Shown here piece after piece: positions 1-9,442 of a stretch of 64,000 nucleotides of DNA. Source of the DNA: Minisyncoccota bacterium. GTDB lineage: Bacteria; Patescibacteriota; Minisyncoccia; Phycocordibacterales; WO2-35-19. Position 1 is the first letter of the stretch; the number at the start of each line of letters is the position of its first letter. The notes beneath the pieces were generated by a model, which made no database searches, was not told where the DNA came from, and saw nothing but the letters and a program-made list of their open reading frames with translations. The position numbers and the translations under genes are program-made. The stretch lies in the NCBI GenBank assembly GCA_036517255.1, contig DATDXE010000004.1:30543-94542 (forward strand). The letters are read 5' to 3'.

Positions 1-206
1 TTATAGGGAAGGTCACTCAAGATTGCCGTACCGGTGCCTTTTTCTACACGTAAAAATTGATCAACATCATGTATTTCCTCGCCGATTTCCTCTCCAGCAA
101 GAAGTGACATCAAGACGAGCTGGCTGTTCTTGTCAGTATAAAGAACCTTTCTGAAATTGTTATTCTCGAGTGAGAGCTTTTCGATATTGGTGACGTAGCC
201 CTTCAT
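1..206 (-). CDS. Cupin-domain protein (partial, runs off window start)
   Basis: Manual translation from ATG at 206: MKGYVTNIEKLSLENNNFRKVLYTDKNSQLVLMSLLAGEEIGEEIHDVDQFLRVEKGTG, a typical cupin_2 N-terminus. Confidence 0.8.
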   Translation of the reverse strand, partial: MKGYVTNIEKLSLENNNFRKVLYTDKNSQLVLMSLLAGEEIGEEIHDVDQFLRVEKGTGTAILSDLPY

Positions 207-400
207 GGAGCTATTATATCATACTTTAAAAATGAAATGAGCTTCATTGCTCCCTTGGGCTTTCAATACTCATGGCCTCATTATTCCAACAAATCCCATG
301 AAATGCTCTCTGCTCGACATGGTGCGGGATATCGGAACCTTCTGGAAGACCAATAAGGAGCTTATTTGGCTACCCAATATCAAGCAGGGTTTCTTTGGAA

Positions 401-955
401 TTACGCAGCCAACTGAGGCTGAGATGGCGGAGTATCGCTAGATTTTAGGCCTATCACCCTTAAGCAATCTCTCAAAAGCTTCAAGGTTATACCCATAGCA
501 TCGTGAACGGGATGGTGGTCGTGCTTTGTTATACGCAATCTTTTCCAAGATGAGGTATCTTTAAAGTCTCCAATTAAGCCAGCGTAAAAGTCACCAATTC
601 TTCTAGCAGAATATCCGAATGGATTTCTACCAAGAGTTCGATGGAAGCTGTCATTGATCCACTGCCAATCAAATGCCGGATTGTCACTGACGAATCTGGG
701 TTTTTCTTCACCGCATACCTCCTGGAGCCATGCGTCAAATTTCTCAAATATTTCCTTTTCATCAAAGAGCACGCCTGTCGTCATCTTGAACTCAGGATTT
801 TCTGGGTCAGGCTTTCTTTCAATCAACACTCCATGAAAGGTGGCTTTTGAGGGGTATGTGACTGCGCCAAATTCAGTAAGCTTGCCCATACTTGGACACT
901 TGCCGTTAGCCTCGCAGTCTACAAAAATTAAATTTTTAAGATTATTTGCATCCAT
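401..955 (-). CDS. DEDDh 3'-5' exonuclease/exoribonuclease, probable 2-nt frameshift near the C-terminus
   Basis: IFVDCEA (ExoI), DNPAFDW (ExoII), HHPVHDA (ExoIII); removing 'AT' at 489-490 gives a natural-looking end GNLEAFERLLKGDRPKI*. Confidence 0.8.
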   Translation of the reverse strand: MDANNLKNLIFVDCEANGKCPSMGKLTEFGAVTYPSKATFHGVLIERKPDPENPEFKMTTGVLFDEKEIFEKFDAWLQEVCGEEKPRFVSDNPAFDWQWINDSFHRTLGRNPFGYSARRIGDFYAGLIGDFKDTSSWKRLRITKHDHHPVHDAMGITLKLLRDCLRVIGLKSSDTPPSQPQLAA

Positions 956-1152
956 CTGACCATTTTACCTTCAAACAGAAAATTAGTGGATTAGTTATAA
1001 AACCCTTAAAAACAGGCTTTTTATAGGGCAAAACCCTACTGTGCCACTAGACTAGCATAGTAGCTAGAGTTGCTTGTTTTTCTCCTTTTTGTCCAGTATA
1101 ATAGGTCTACTATGCAAAAAAGGCAGAAAGTGCATAGTACAACATAAATACT

Positions 1153-2439
1153 ATGCTAAAAAACACCATAATAAAGCAAAAAGGAGACCGAGATAGGCTC
1201 ATGTCTCTTCCATACGTAGAACGTACACAAGAGATAAGAGCTCAAAAGTGGATGTCTTCAGATTTGATAAAAGTTATTCTCGGACCCCGACGAGCAGGAA
1301 AATCGGTCTTTGCTTTGATGTTGCTTAAAGATCAGTCTTTCGCCTATTTTAATTTCGATGATGAATCACTCCCTGGTGAGGAAAAAATAGATCTCGATGA
1401 ACTTCTTTCAGAATTAAAACAGGTCTACGGTGATACAAAATATATTTTCTTTGATGAAATACAAAACCTTCCAAATTGGGAATTGTTTGTAAACCGTCTT
1501 CATCGTTCCGGATACAATCTGGTCCTCACCGGTTCTAATGCCAGCCTTCTTTCAAAAGAACTGGCTACGCATCTTACTGGTAGACATATTCCGATAGAGA
1601 TACTACCTTTTAGTTTCCAGGAGTTTTTAAAAGCTAAGAGTTATGAACTTGATGCGGACAAACTAGCTCTACCTGATGAAAAGGCAAAGCTGTTTAGTTA
1701 TCTAACTCAGTACATGACGAATGGCGGATACCCTGAAGTTGTCACAAAAGATGTGGACCCTCGAGGATACTTGGATGTACTGTTCGATGCTGTGCTATTT
1801 AAGGACGTCATAAAAAGACACCGAGTTAAGTTTTCAAAGCAAATAGATAACCTAGGATCGTATTTGATAAACAATGTTTCAAATCAATACACCGCAAGAA
1901 AGCTTCGTGATGTATTGCAATTTAAAAGCGATGTAACCGTAGCAAAGTATCTCGATTATTTGATAGAGGCATATTTGTTGTTCTCTCTCGATCGTCACTC
2001 AAGTAAAGCAAGTTCCCGAATACAGTCTGCTAAAAAAACGTATGTGATAGACAACGGCCTTGTTACTGCTAAAGCGGTCCAACACTCCCCTAACACAGGA
2101 AAGCTTATGGAGAACTTGGTATTTACCGAACTCGTCAAAAAAGGTAATGAACCGAATCGTGAGGTGTTCTATTACAAAACTAGAAATGATAGAGAGATAG
2201 ACTTTGTTATAAAAAATGGACATGAAGTCGTAGAACTCATACAGGTAACATATGACGTTACCAATCCTGACGTCGAAGAACGTGAAGTCAAAGCCCTCGT
2301 GGAAGCCGGACAGGAATTGAATGTGAATAAACTCACAATCCTTACATGGAATGAAAAAAGGGAGGTAAAAAAAGGTGAAGTCACAATAGTATTTAGACCT
2401 CTGTATGAGTGGCTACTTGAAGTAAACAAAGAAAATTAA
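1153..2439 (+). CDS. AAA+ ATPase (AAA_14 + DUF4143)
   Basis: Walker A GPRRAGKS, Walker B FFDEIQ, LTGSN, GGYPE, C-terminal EIDFV...IQV. Confidence 0.9.
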   Translation: MLKNTIIKQKGDRDRLMSLPYVERTQEIRAQKWMSSDLIKVILGPRRAGKSVFALMLLKDQSFAYFNFDDESLPGEEKIDLDELLSELKQVYGDTKYIFFDEIQNLPNWELFVNRLHRSGYNLVLTGSNASLLSKELATHLTGRHIPIEILPFSFQEFLKAKSYELDADKLALPDEKAKLFSYLTQYMTNGGYPEVVTKDVDPRGYLDVLFDAVLFKDVIKRHRVKFSKQIDNLGSYLINNVSNQYTARKLRDVLQFKSDVTVAKYLDYLIEAYLLFSLDRHSSKASSRIQSAKKTYVIDNGLVTAKAVQHSPNTGKLMENLVFTELVKKGNEPNREVFYYKTRNDREIDFVIKNGHEVVELIQVTYDVTNPDVEEREVKALVEAGQELNVNKLTILTWNEKREVKKGEVTIVFRPLYEWLLEVNKEN

Positions 2440-2443
2440 ATTT

Positions 2444-2593
2444 ATGAATCCCGTTGCAAACCAAAACCAAAACAAAATAGAAACCTACATCAAGTGCAAG
2501 AAGTGCAACATTGAGGTTTTTACTATTACAAACGGTGGTTTAACTCCATGTAAATGTGGGGCTTTTTACGTTGTCTTGTCCAATACCCACTAA
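2444..2593 (+). CDS. Small putative zinc-binding protein (49 aa), possibly a remnant
   Basis: Manual translation MNPVANQNQNKIETYIKCKKCNIEVFTITNGGLTPCKCGAFYVVLSNTH with CxxC...CxC. Confidence 0.35.
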   Translation: MNPVANQNQNKIETYIKCKKCNIEVFTITNGGLTPCKCGAFYVVLSNTH

Positions 2594-2701
2594 TTTGCAT
2601 TTATTCGGACTTAGACTTTAAGGGTCCAAAAATAATGCACCATATTTTATTTAAATTTCCTTGCTCCGGGAGTAGGGATCGAACCTACGACCAATCGCTT
2701 A

Positions 2702-3261
2702 CATTTTGTCTTCTATTACTAGAAGTATGGACTATATCATCCCCATATATTCAAAATCGAACACTTAGGGGCGAGGCGCTTCGTACCAACAACATTGCTG
2801 GAACTACTCTCTTGCGAGATAGTCTCTACACCTTTCCCTTGATTACTCTCGGGACTTGGCTCGGGATTGCCCCTTAGGGGTTTCCCCGAATTCACCTCGT
2901 TTTTCAACCCAAATTTCTTCGGGAAGCTGCGTGATGCCGTCATGTACTTCCATATGACAATTTGCGCAAATCAAAACACATTTATCTATTTCTTTGCGTA
3001 TTTTTTCCCAAGATCGAGTTAAACCTCTTAAGGACAAGCCAAAATCTTTTTTAGCTGGATCCACATGATGAAAACTCAAAGCTCTTGAGCATTTATTGTA
3101 GCCACATATAATACACTTATTGCCTTTATAAGCTCTCGCCATTTCACGTAAATTTTTTCTTCTACGTTTAACAGCCATTCGCATATATTCAGCACGGTCG
3201 GCATAAGTTCTTTTTTCTTTCCTGGTATACATATTATAAGTATACCGCAGAACTTATCGAC
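2702..3261 (-). ncRNA. Group I self-splicing intron in the tRNA-Asn anticodon (position 35/36)
   Basis: 5' exon ends in U and intron ends in G; P7 elements GTAGAGACTA (~2829-2820) and GATATAGTCC (~2738-2729); P9-like hairpin CTTCTAGTAATAGAAG; candidate IGS GCGG. Confidence 0.92.
2843..3232 (-). CDS. Intron-encoded HNH homing endonuclease
   Basis: CIICGY...LSFHHVDP...CVLICANCHMEVH zinc-binding HNH motif; lies inside the intron. Confidence 0.88.
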   Translation of the reverse strand: MYTRKEKRTYADRAEYMRMAVKRRRKNLREMARAYKGNKCIICGYNKCSRALSFHHVDPAKKDFGLSLRGLTRSWEKIRKEIDKCVLICANCHMEVHDGITQLPEEIWVEKRGEFGETPKGQSRAKSRE

Positions 3262-3454
3262 ACAGGCGATCGCTCTACCGCTGAGCTATCCCGGAGCATG
3301 AAAATCTAAAACATATTGAATTATCAACGAACCAAATCAGTTTATCAGAAAAAGGAGATGAGGCAAGATTTTTAGAGTTATGCACTTAGATACAGAAATG
3401 ATATTGACGCTATTTTATAAAGGAGTAACATTTTCCATCAGGAGGCAGTAAAGT

Positions 3455-3649
3455 ATGTTATTCGGATCGGACTGGGAAGATTGTCCTTGCAGAGGCGCAA
3501 ACGCAAACTGCAGACGTTGTGATGGTAGAGGCTCCTACCAGAAACAGAAAGAAACGGGATCAAAACAAGAGCCAAGAGTTCTTCAGGCCAACCCGACAAA
3601 ATCGGGAGGCCATGTGACGAGAGCGCAAGGGGCGGGAGGCGGCAAGTAG
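3455..3649 (+). CDS. Small Cys-rich orphan protein (64 aa)
   Basis: TTGACG/TAACAT promoter-like boxes, SD GGAGG, CPC...CRRCDGRG motif, downstream hairpin. Confidence 0.55.
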   Translation: MLFGSDWEDCPCRGANANCRRCDGRGSYQKQKETGSKQEPRVLQANPTKSGGHVTRAQGAGGGK

Positions 3650-3749
3650 ATTGCCTCCCCGACAAACCCACTGGGAGTCCACCTCTCGGTGGGCTTTCAG
3701 CTATGTAAAACTACTAAAATATTTTTATGACATGACTAAGGGGGCCTAG

Positions 3750-4313
3750 TTAGGCCCCCCTGTTATTTGCCGACCGTTGTGGAAGCGGCCAGCGATCTTT
3801 TACAGTCTCCTTTGCGTTCGGTTTCTTGTTGAGCTTCGCCTCACGCTCGGCATCAGCGTTAGCGAGAAGTTGCTCTATCGTCGTCAGCCTTTGTACTTCA
3901 GCCTTGTGCAAAGGCTGACGAGCAAGTGGCTGGCGTCCTCGCGCCCTATCGAGCTCATCGAAATTTTTGCGAAGCTCTTCTTTTCTTTTCAGCTCCTGTA
4001 TACTCCGAGCTTCTCCCTCGAAATACAATTTGAGGTGGAGAGCCGCCACGTCGTAAGCTTCAGGAAACTTCTCCTTCAGCTCAATAAGGCTGATCGGCAG
4101 ATGGTGAGGATTCGCATCCCCATTCTCCACCGAGCTGATGATGATCGCTCTCGCTAGGCGAAGACCAAAGAGGATAACGAGCTCCCCTCCTCCAACACAA
4201 CCTTCGGCATGTGGGAACAACCTTGTGTACCTAGCTCTGCGTGAACACACAGTGCAAGTGTACTCAAAAAAAGTAGTGAGATCCCGGTAGGCGGGATCGT
4301 AAATCGCTTTCAT
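3750..4313 (-). CDS. Hypothetical protein (orphan; CxxC and coiled-coil C-terminus)
   Basis: Long ORF; likely start ATG 4313 after GAAAGGTGG; TTGACT..TAGAAT promoter upstream. Confidence 0.6.
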   Translation of the reverse strand: MKAIYDPAYRDLTTFFEYTCTVCSRRARYTRLFPHAEGCVGGGELVILFGLRLARAIIISSVENGDANPHHLPISLIELKEKFPEAYDVAALHLKLYFEGEARSIQELKRKEELRKNFDELDRARGRQPLARQPLHKAEVQRLTTIEQLLANADAEREAKLNKKPNAKETVKDRWPLPQRSANNRGA

Positions 4314-4477
4314 ACGTAAACCACCTTTCCAAGAATAATTTGGTACTTCTCTGTCACCTATTCTAATTCCTACTAGCAACAAAAGTCAATGAAAAAAGAG
4401 TGAATATACTTTATTAATAGAGTGTGTTACTCTTATTACATAAGCTTCCCTCTGGGGGATTTTTTATTGAAATTTTT

Positions 4478-6295
4478 ATGGAAATTAGAAACATAGCCAT
4501 CATAGCCCACGTCGACCACGGGAAAACCACTTTGACCGATGCCATTCTTCAGCAATTCGGCGCAGCTGATACAGCGGTCAGTATGGACAGCAACGCTTTA
4601 GAAAAAGAGCGCGGCATTACTATTTACTCCAAAAATGCCTCGGTCATGTATAAAGGAACGAAAATAAATATCGTCGACACCCCGGGCCACGCCGACTTCG
4701 GCTCTGAGGTAGAACGAGTATTGCGTTCCATTGATTCCGTGCTTCTTGTTGTCGATGCTCAAGAAGGCCCGATGCCACAAACTCGTTTTGTACTGAAAAA
4801 ATCTTTGGAATTGGGAATCCGACCAATAGTGGTTATAAACAAAATCGACAAGCCAGCGGCCAACCCTAGTCGCACTCATGATGAAGTGTTTGACCTTTTC
4901 GCTGAACTCGGAGCAAACGATCTACAGCTCGACTTCCCTGTCATATACGCTATCGGGCGCGAAGGAATAACGATGAAAAATTTAGAGGACCAAAAAAGTC
5001 CATCAGCTAACGGAACCGCTCCCCTCCTTGATTTGATCCTCGAGCATGTGCCAAATGCTGCTTCCAATACCGAACCCAAATTCAAAGCTCAACCCTTCAA
5101 CCTGGCATACGACAACTTCCTTGGAAGACTGGCTATCGTCCGAGTCTATAGTGGTTCTATAAAATCAGGCGACAGTGTTTTTGTAAAAAAACAAGGCAGC
5201 TCAGTCGAACCTAAAAAATATAGAGTAACCAAACTTTTTACATTTGATGGCACACGTAGAGTAGACACGGAAAGCGTAAGTGTGGGCGACATCGCCATTA
5301 TGGCTGGCATTCCTGATATTTATATAGGCGACACTATAATCGACGACACTACAACACCAGCACTACCAGCGATACAGATAGATGAACCGACGATCAAACT
5401 TACTTTCCTGGTAAATAATTCCCCTTTTGCTGGTCGCGAAGGCAAATTTGTTACCAGTAGGCAAATCCGCGAGCGGCTAGAAAAAGAACTCGAAGTGAAT
5501 GTTGGCTTGAAAGTCGATTTTGATATCGGTAGTGGTGAACAATTTACCGTTTACGGAAGAGGTGAATTGCACATCGCTATTCTACTTGAAAACATGCGCC
5601 GCGAAGGATATGAAATGCAAGTATCCCAGCCGGAAGTAATAGTGAAAGAAATCGATGGCAAGAAGCACGAACCGTTTGAAGAATTGGTAGTCGACATACC
5701 GAATGAATATCAAGGGGTGGTGATCGAGAAACTTGGCAAGCGAGGTGCCCTGATGACCAAAATGCAAAACAACACTCAAGGCCAGGAGAAAAATATCACT
5801 ATGACTTTCGAAGGTCCAAGTCGTGGACTTTTCGGTTATCGCAGTAAATTTATTATCGATACAAAAGGAGAAGGGATACTCGCTCACCGAGTGCTCGGCT
5901 ACAGGCCATATGCAGGTGAAATAGAACGGCACGAAGCTGGCTCCATGATTTCCCAAGTTATGGGTAAGACTCTTGGCTACTCTCTCGACAACTTGCAAAC
6001 TCGCGGCACCCTTTACATAAAAGAAGCGACCGAAGTATACGAAGGTCAAGTTATCGGTAACACTTCCAAAGGAGAACAAATGACAGTCAACCCGACCAAA
6101 GGTAAACAGCTTACCAACATGCGCGCTTCAGGTTCGGATGAAGCCATCCGCCTCGTGCCTCCACAACTGCTCTCTATCGAATCAGGTCTGGAAATAATGG
6201 CCAAAGATGAGTATCTAGAAATCACTCCCATTAGCGTCCGCCTTCGCAAACAACAATTGACAGAGCTCGACCGCACAAAATCCAAGAGAAAGTAG
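4478..6295 (+). CDS. typA: Translational GTPase TypA/BipA
   Basis: [49 protein letters not shown]. Confidence 0.97.
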   Translation: MEIRNIAIIAHVDHGKTTLTDAILQQFGAADTAVSMDSNALEKERGITIYSKNASVMYKGTKINIVDTPGHADFGSEVERVLRSIDSVLLVVDAQEGPMPQTRFVLKKSLELGIRPIVVINKIDKPAANPSRTHDEVFDLFAELGANDLQLDFPVIYAIGREGITMKNLEDQKSPSANGTAPLLDLILEHVPNAASNTEPKFKAQPFNLAYDNFLGRLAIVRVYSGSIKSGDSVFVKKQGSSVEPKKYRVTKLFTFDGTRRVDTESVSVGDIAIMAGIPDIYIGDTIIDDTTTPALPAIQIDEPTIKLTFLVNNSPFAGREGKFVTSRQIRERLEKELEVNVGLKVDFDIGSGEQFTVYGRGELHIAILLENMRREGYEMQVSQPEVIVKEIDGKKHEPFEELVVDIPNEYQGVVIEKLGKRGALMTKMQNNTQGQEKNITMTFEGPSRGLFGYRSKFIIDTKGEGILAHRVLGYRPYAGEIERHEAGSMISQVMGKTLGYSLDNLQTRGTLYIKEATEVYEGQVIGNTSKGEQMTVNPTKGKQLTNMRASGSDEAIRLVPPQLLSIESGLEIMAKDEYLEITPISVRLRKQQLTELDRTKSKRK

Positions 6296-6303
6296 ATTCT
6301 AAT

Positions 6304-6858
6304 TTATTTCTGTAAAGCTTGCTGTTGTAAAATAATAGTCCTAGCTTCTTCGGGGTTGCTGGCATATTTGATAGCAATAATACGATGTCTGTCATCGCCC
6401 GCTGTTTCGATATGGATAAAACCAAATTTGAAAAAAGTTTGGATGATGCCACGAGTTTCGACAGTGATGTCTTGAATATTATGATAATTGAAACTAGTGA
6501 TCTCGCGATTGAAAAAACCTTTTTGCTCAATGTCGATCACTCGTTTGTTGGTAATAACTAGAGCATCGAGGTAATAATCGGTCCATTCAATAAAAAAGAA
6601 AGTCCATAGTAAAAGTAGCCATAGAGGATAAGCGAAAGACCCCCATTTCTGCACTCCAAACAAGAGAGTGCTTAAGATACTACTTGAAATACCAAGGCCT
6701 TGAACAAAAAATTCATTAAATAGTTCAAAAAAAATGAAGAAGTAAAGGAAACCAGGCAAGATAGCCAGCACAAACATGGTTATAGCAACGAGAAGCATCA
6801 CAAACCAATGTTTACGAACCACTTTTATTATTTTTTCTCCGTCTTCAAGATTGACCAT
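6304..6858 (-). CDS. Membrane protein with bacterial PH domain
   Basis: VRKHW, two TM segments, ITNKRVIDIEQKGFF...IQDITV...FGFIHIETAG. Confidence 0.8.
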   Translation of the reverse strand: MVNLEDGEKIIKVVRKHWFVMLLVAITMFVLAILPGFLYFFIFFELFNEFFVQGLGISSSILSTLLFGVQKWGSFAYPLWLLLLWTFFFIEWTDYYLDALVITNKRVIDIEQKGFFNREITSFNYHNIQDITVETRGIIQTFFKFGFIHIETAGDDRHRIIAIKYASNPEEARTIILQQQALQK

Positions 6859-6867
6859 TTTTATATT

Positions 6868-7092
6868 TTATATAGTCGCAAGTTCAAGAGCCGCAGTACT
6901 TACTAGGACAGCGACTCCAAAAAGATACACCGCCTCCATAAAGAAAATCATCGGACTTTTTAGGCCGTACCTCGACCAATGCCAGAGCATGATGACAGCC
7001 ACAATACCGGAAAAAAGTATGACTAAAGTGAATATAAGGGAAGCAATGGTTCCCCCGTTTATAGTTAGGAAATCTAACTCAGATGGAAGCAT
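6868..7092 (-). CDS. Small hypothetical membrane protein
   Basis: Two hydrophobic segments; -10 box directly upstream; co-oriented with the PH-domain gene. Confidence 0.6.
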   Translation of the reverse strand: MLPSELDFLTINGGTIASLIFTLVILFSGIVAVIMLWHWSRYGLKSPMIFFMEAVYLFGVAVLVSTAALELATI

Positions 7093-7239
7093 AAATATAT
7101 TATATCACAACGTGTGGATAATGGGCTCACCCCTTGACTTATAAGTATTATAATGTGGGGAGTCGAATATATTAAAAATTATTAATTCATTCGTCGTGCT
7201 TTAATCGACGTAGCGCACGACATGATTTCGCAAAATCAC

Positions 7240-7644
7240 ATGGCAAAAAAATTAGCTAAAGTGTTCGGAATAATTTTCATCCTCGTCGGGCTCCTCGGTT
7301 TTATCGGGAACCCTGTCATAGGTGAGATGGGGTTTTTCCACTCTGATATGATTCACAACTTGATTCATATCGTAAGCGGCCTGATATTACTTCTGGCTGC
7401 AGCCAAAGGAGCCGCTTCTATGTGGCTCAAGATCCTCGGTATCATCTATCTTCTCGTAGCAGTGCTCGGATTTATGATGATTGATAGCACTGGTATGGCA
7501 TACGTTCTCGGCATCATAAGCGTCAACAGCGCTGACAACTGGCTTCACCTCGTCCTGGGCCTGATATTTGTATGGGCTGGGATGTCAGGTAAGAAAGATC
7601 TTGTCCCTATGAGCATGAACTCAGACATGCCTGGACAGATGTAA
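7240..7644 (+). CDS. DUF4383-like membrane protein
   Basis: GIIFILVGLLGF, HNLIHIVSG, ADNWLHLVLG motifs. Confidence 0.8.
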   Translation: MAKKLAKVFGIIFILVGLLGFIGNPVIGEMGFFHSDMIHNLIHIVSGLILLLAAAKGAASMWLKILGIIYLLVAVLGFMMIDSTGMAYVLGIISVNSADNWLHLVLGLIFVWAGMSGKKDLVPMSMNSDMPGQM

Positions 7645-7683
7645 GCGCTGGTCAAAAATAGAAAGTAGAAGATTTAAATGGAA

Positions 7684-7716
7684 CCGCCGCCGACTCAGAC
7701 TGAGCCAGCGGCGTTT
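7684..7716. terminator. GC-rich hairpin between convergent genes
   Basis: CGCCGC.GACTCAG-A-CTGAG.CAGCGGCG followed by TTTT. Confidence 0.55.
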
Positions 7717-7725
7717 TCGTAAGGC

Positions 7726-8184
7726 TCATCCCCAACGTTCTTTGATCCTGAGTGACCTGAGCTTCTCTGCGTAGTCACTCACGCAGATAACGAACATCTT
7801 TTTCTTCTGTTCGATCAAAATTTCCAGCGCCTCAGCCCTATCGGCAAGAAACGAACTCTTTTCCCCGTCAGTGACGAGGTACAGACTTCTGCCATCTTTC
7901 ATGGCCTGTTTGAGACGAACATCGAGGTGCTGCCGGCGAGAACATCGCAAGACCTTAGTCACGTTTGACAACGCGACGCGTCGACGTCGAAGCTCTTTCA
8001 TGAACATGACCTCGACGACTTCGACATCGTTGTAAAGCCGAAGATGGTTCTCAATCGGAGGCGAAACGATTTTGTTTTTGGCCCACCACTGCAAGTTGCG
8101 GAAACTTGCACCAGTAATATCACGAACCACAGGCGAAGGGTAAAAACCCCGAGCTATCGCATTTTTTACTCTAACAGTTCCCAT
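7726..8184 (-). CDS. MerR-type HTH DNA-binding protein
   Basis: VRDITGASFRNLQWWAKNKIVSP...RLYNDVEV...KELRRR; SD GGAGG. Confidence 0.7.
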   Translation of the reverse strand: MGTVRVKNAIARGFYPSPVVRDITGASFRNLQWWAKNKIVSPPIENHLRLYNDVEVVEVMFMKELRRRRVALSNVTKVLRCSRRQHLDVRLKQAMKDGRSLYLVTDGEKSSFLADRAEALEILIEQKKKMFVICVSDYAEKLRSLRIKERWG

Positions 8185-8259
8185 TGAGGAACCCTCCCAA
8201 AAATCATAATACTGATTATACGAAAAAAATCAATCAAGCCAAAACACAATAAAATTCCC

Positions 8260-8335
8260 TGGTGGACCCTAGCGGATTCGAACCGCTGACCTCCTCATTG
8301 CAAATGAGGCGCTCTACCAACTAAGCTAAGGGCCC
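8260..8335 (-). tRNA. tRNA-Ala(TGC)
   Basis: GGGCCCTTAGCTTAGTTGGTAGAGCGCCTCATTTGCAATGAGGAGGTCAGCGGTTCGAATCCGCTAGGGTCCACCA; G3:U70 pair. Confidence 0.97.
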
Positions 8336-8403
8336 ACCATGAAATTCTATCTGATTAACGCTGATTTAACATATTATCAGAAATAAGACTTTCGACAATA
8401 CTA

Positions 8404-9384
8404 CTACTTTCTATCCAACGCCAACGAAATAACATGATGCAGAAATTCGGAAAGGCTAGAGCCAGCAGCACGGAGAGCTTTGGGGATGAGAGAATTTTTG
8501 GTGAGACCGGGGAGAGTATTAGTTTCCAAAATATAAACTCCTCGTTTAGGATGAACTATAAAATCAGAGCGGGAATAATGGCGAAGACCCAGGACACTAT
8601 GAGCCATGATAGCCATCCCCTCGATCATATCCTTTTCCTCCTTGGAAAAATTACCAGGACAAATTTCCTCCGCCCCTCCATCGGCATATTTCGATTCGTA
8701 ATTAAAAAAGTGACTTTTTGGTTTTATTTCGATAGGCAAAAGAGCGTGATGGTGCGAACCTCGAAACTCATCCACCACCCCACAAGTCGCTTCCCTACCC
8801 TTTATATATTCCTCGATGATAACAGCAGGTGAGTATTCGAAAGCGGCGACCACCGCCTCTTCCAGTTCAGGCAGGGAGCTCGCTATCCTCACTCCCAAAG
8901 ATGAGCCGGAAGACGCAGGCTTGACAACATATGGAGGCGGCAAGGTTTTATAAACTTCGCGAATAGCATCGCGAGTCAGATCCTTCAAATTTATATGAGT
9001 ACCTACAGGAGTTTTTATGCCCGCTCTTTTATATTCTTTCTTTGAAGCTACTTTATCGTAACTCACAGCCGAGGCAGAGGAGTTTGACCCAGTGTAAGGT
9101 ACACCGAAGGAGTCGAGAAGTTTTTGGACAGTGCCATCCTCACCATAATTACCATGTAAGGCATTCCAAGCCACATCAATTTTCTTCAAAATCTTTTCTG
9201 GCTGTTTAGAGAAACCCTCCTCATGCCAATCGCCATTTTTAGAAATAAAAATATCAATCGGCTGATAAATATCGGCTGAAAGGCTTTCAAGAACTGCCAT
9301 ACCAGTATTCAGCGACACATCATACTCACCCGAAGGCCCGCCCCGCAATACCCCCACCCGTATTTTGTCAGAAAATAAACCCAT
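8404..9384 (-). CDS. ddl: D-alanine--D-alanine ligase
   Basis: GGPSGEYDVSL, LHGNYGEDG, KPASSGSSLG, FNYESKY, LETNTLPG. Confidence 0.95.
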   Translation of the reverse strand: MGLFSDKIRVGVLRGGPSGEYDVSLNTGMAVLESLSADIYQPIDIFISKNGDWHEEGFSKQPEKILKKIDVAWNALHGNYGEDGTVQKLLDSFGVPYTGSNSSASAVSYDKVASKKEYKRAGIKTPVGTHINLKDLTRDAIREVYKTLPPPYVVKPASSGSSLGVRIASSLPELEEAVVAAFEYSPAVIIEEYIKGREATCGVVDEFRGSHHHALLPIEIKPKSHFFNYESKYADGGAEEICPGNFSKEEKDMIEGMAIMAHSVLGLRHYSRSDFIVHPKRGVYILETNTLPGLTKNSLIPKALRAAGSSLSEFLHHVISLALDRK

Positions 9385-9442
9385 GCTTCCATTATATCTC
9401 ATTTGATTTTATTCTCTCAAGCAATATACTCATACTGTTGTT

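Larger units (their letters stand above)
2664..3295 (-). tRNA. tRNA-Asn(GTT), intron-containing (exons 3295-3262 and 2701-2664)
   Basis: Joined exons TCCGGGATAGCTCAGCGGTAGAGCGATCGCCTGT^TAAGCGATTGGTCGTAGGTTCGATCCCTACTCCCGGAG fold into a cloverleaf with anticodon loop CT-GTT-AA. Confidence 0.95.

Noticed and set aside
247-441. 64-aa plus-strand ORF
   Set aside because: TTG start, no recognisable motif or RBS; may be a gene remnant but cannot be supported.
2554-2943. ORFs 2554-2877 (+) and 2737-2943 (-)
   Set aside because: They overlap the tRNA exon and ribozyme core and have no protein motifs.
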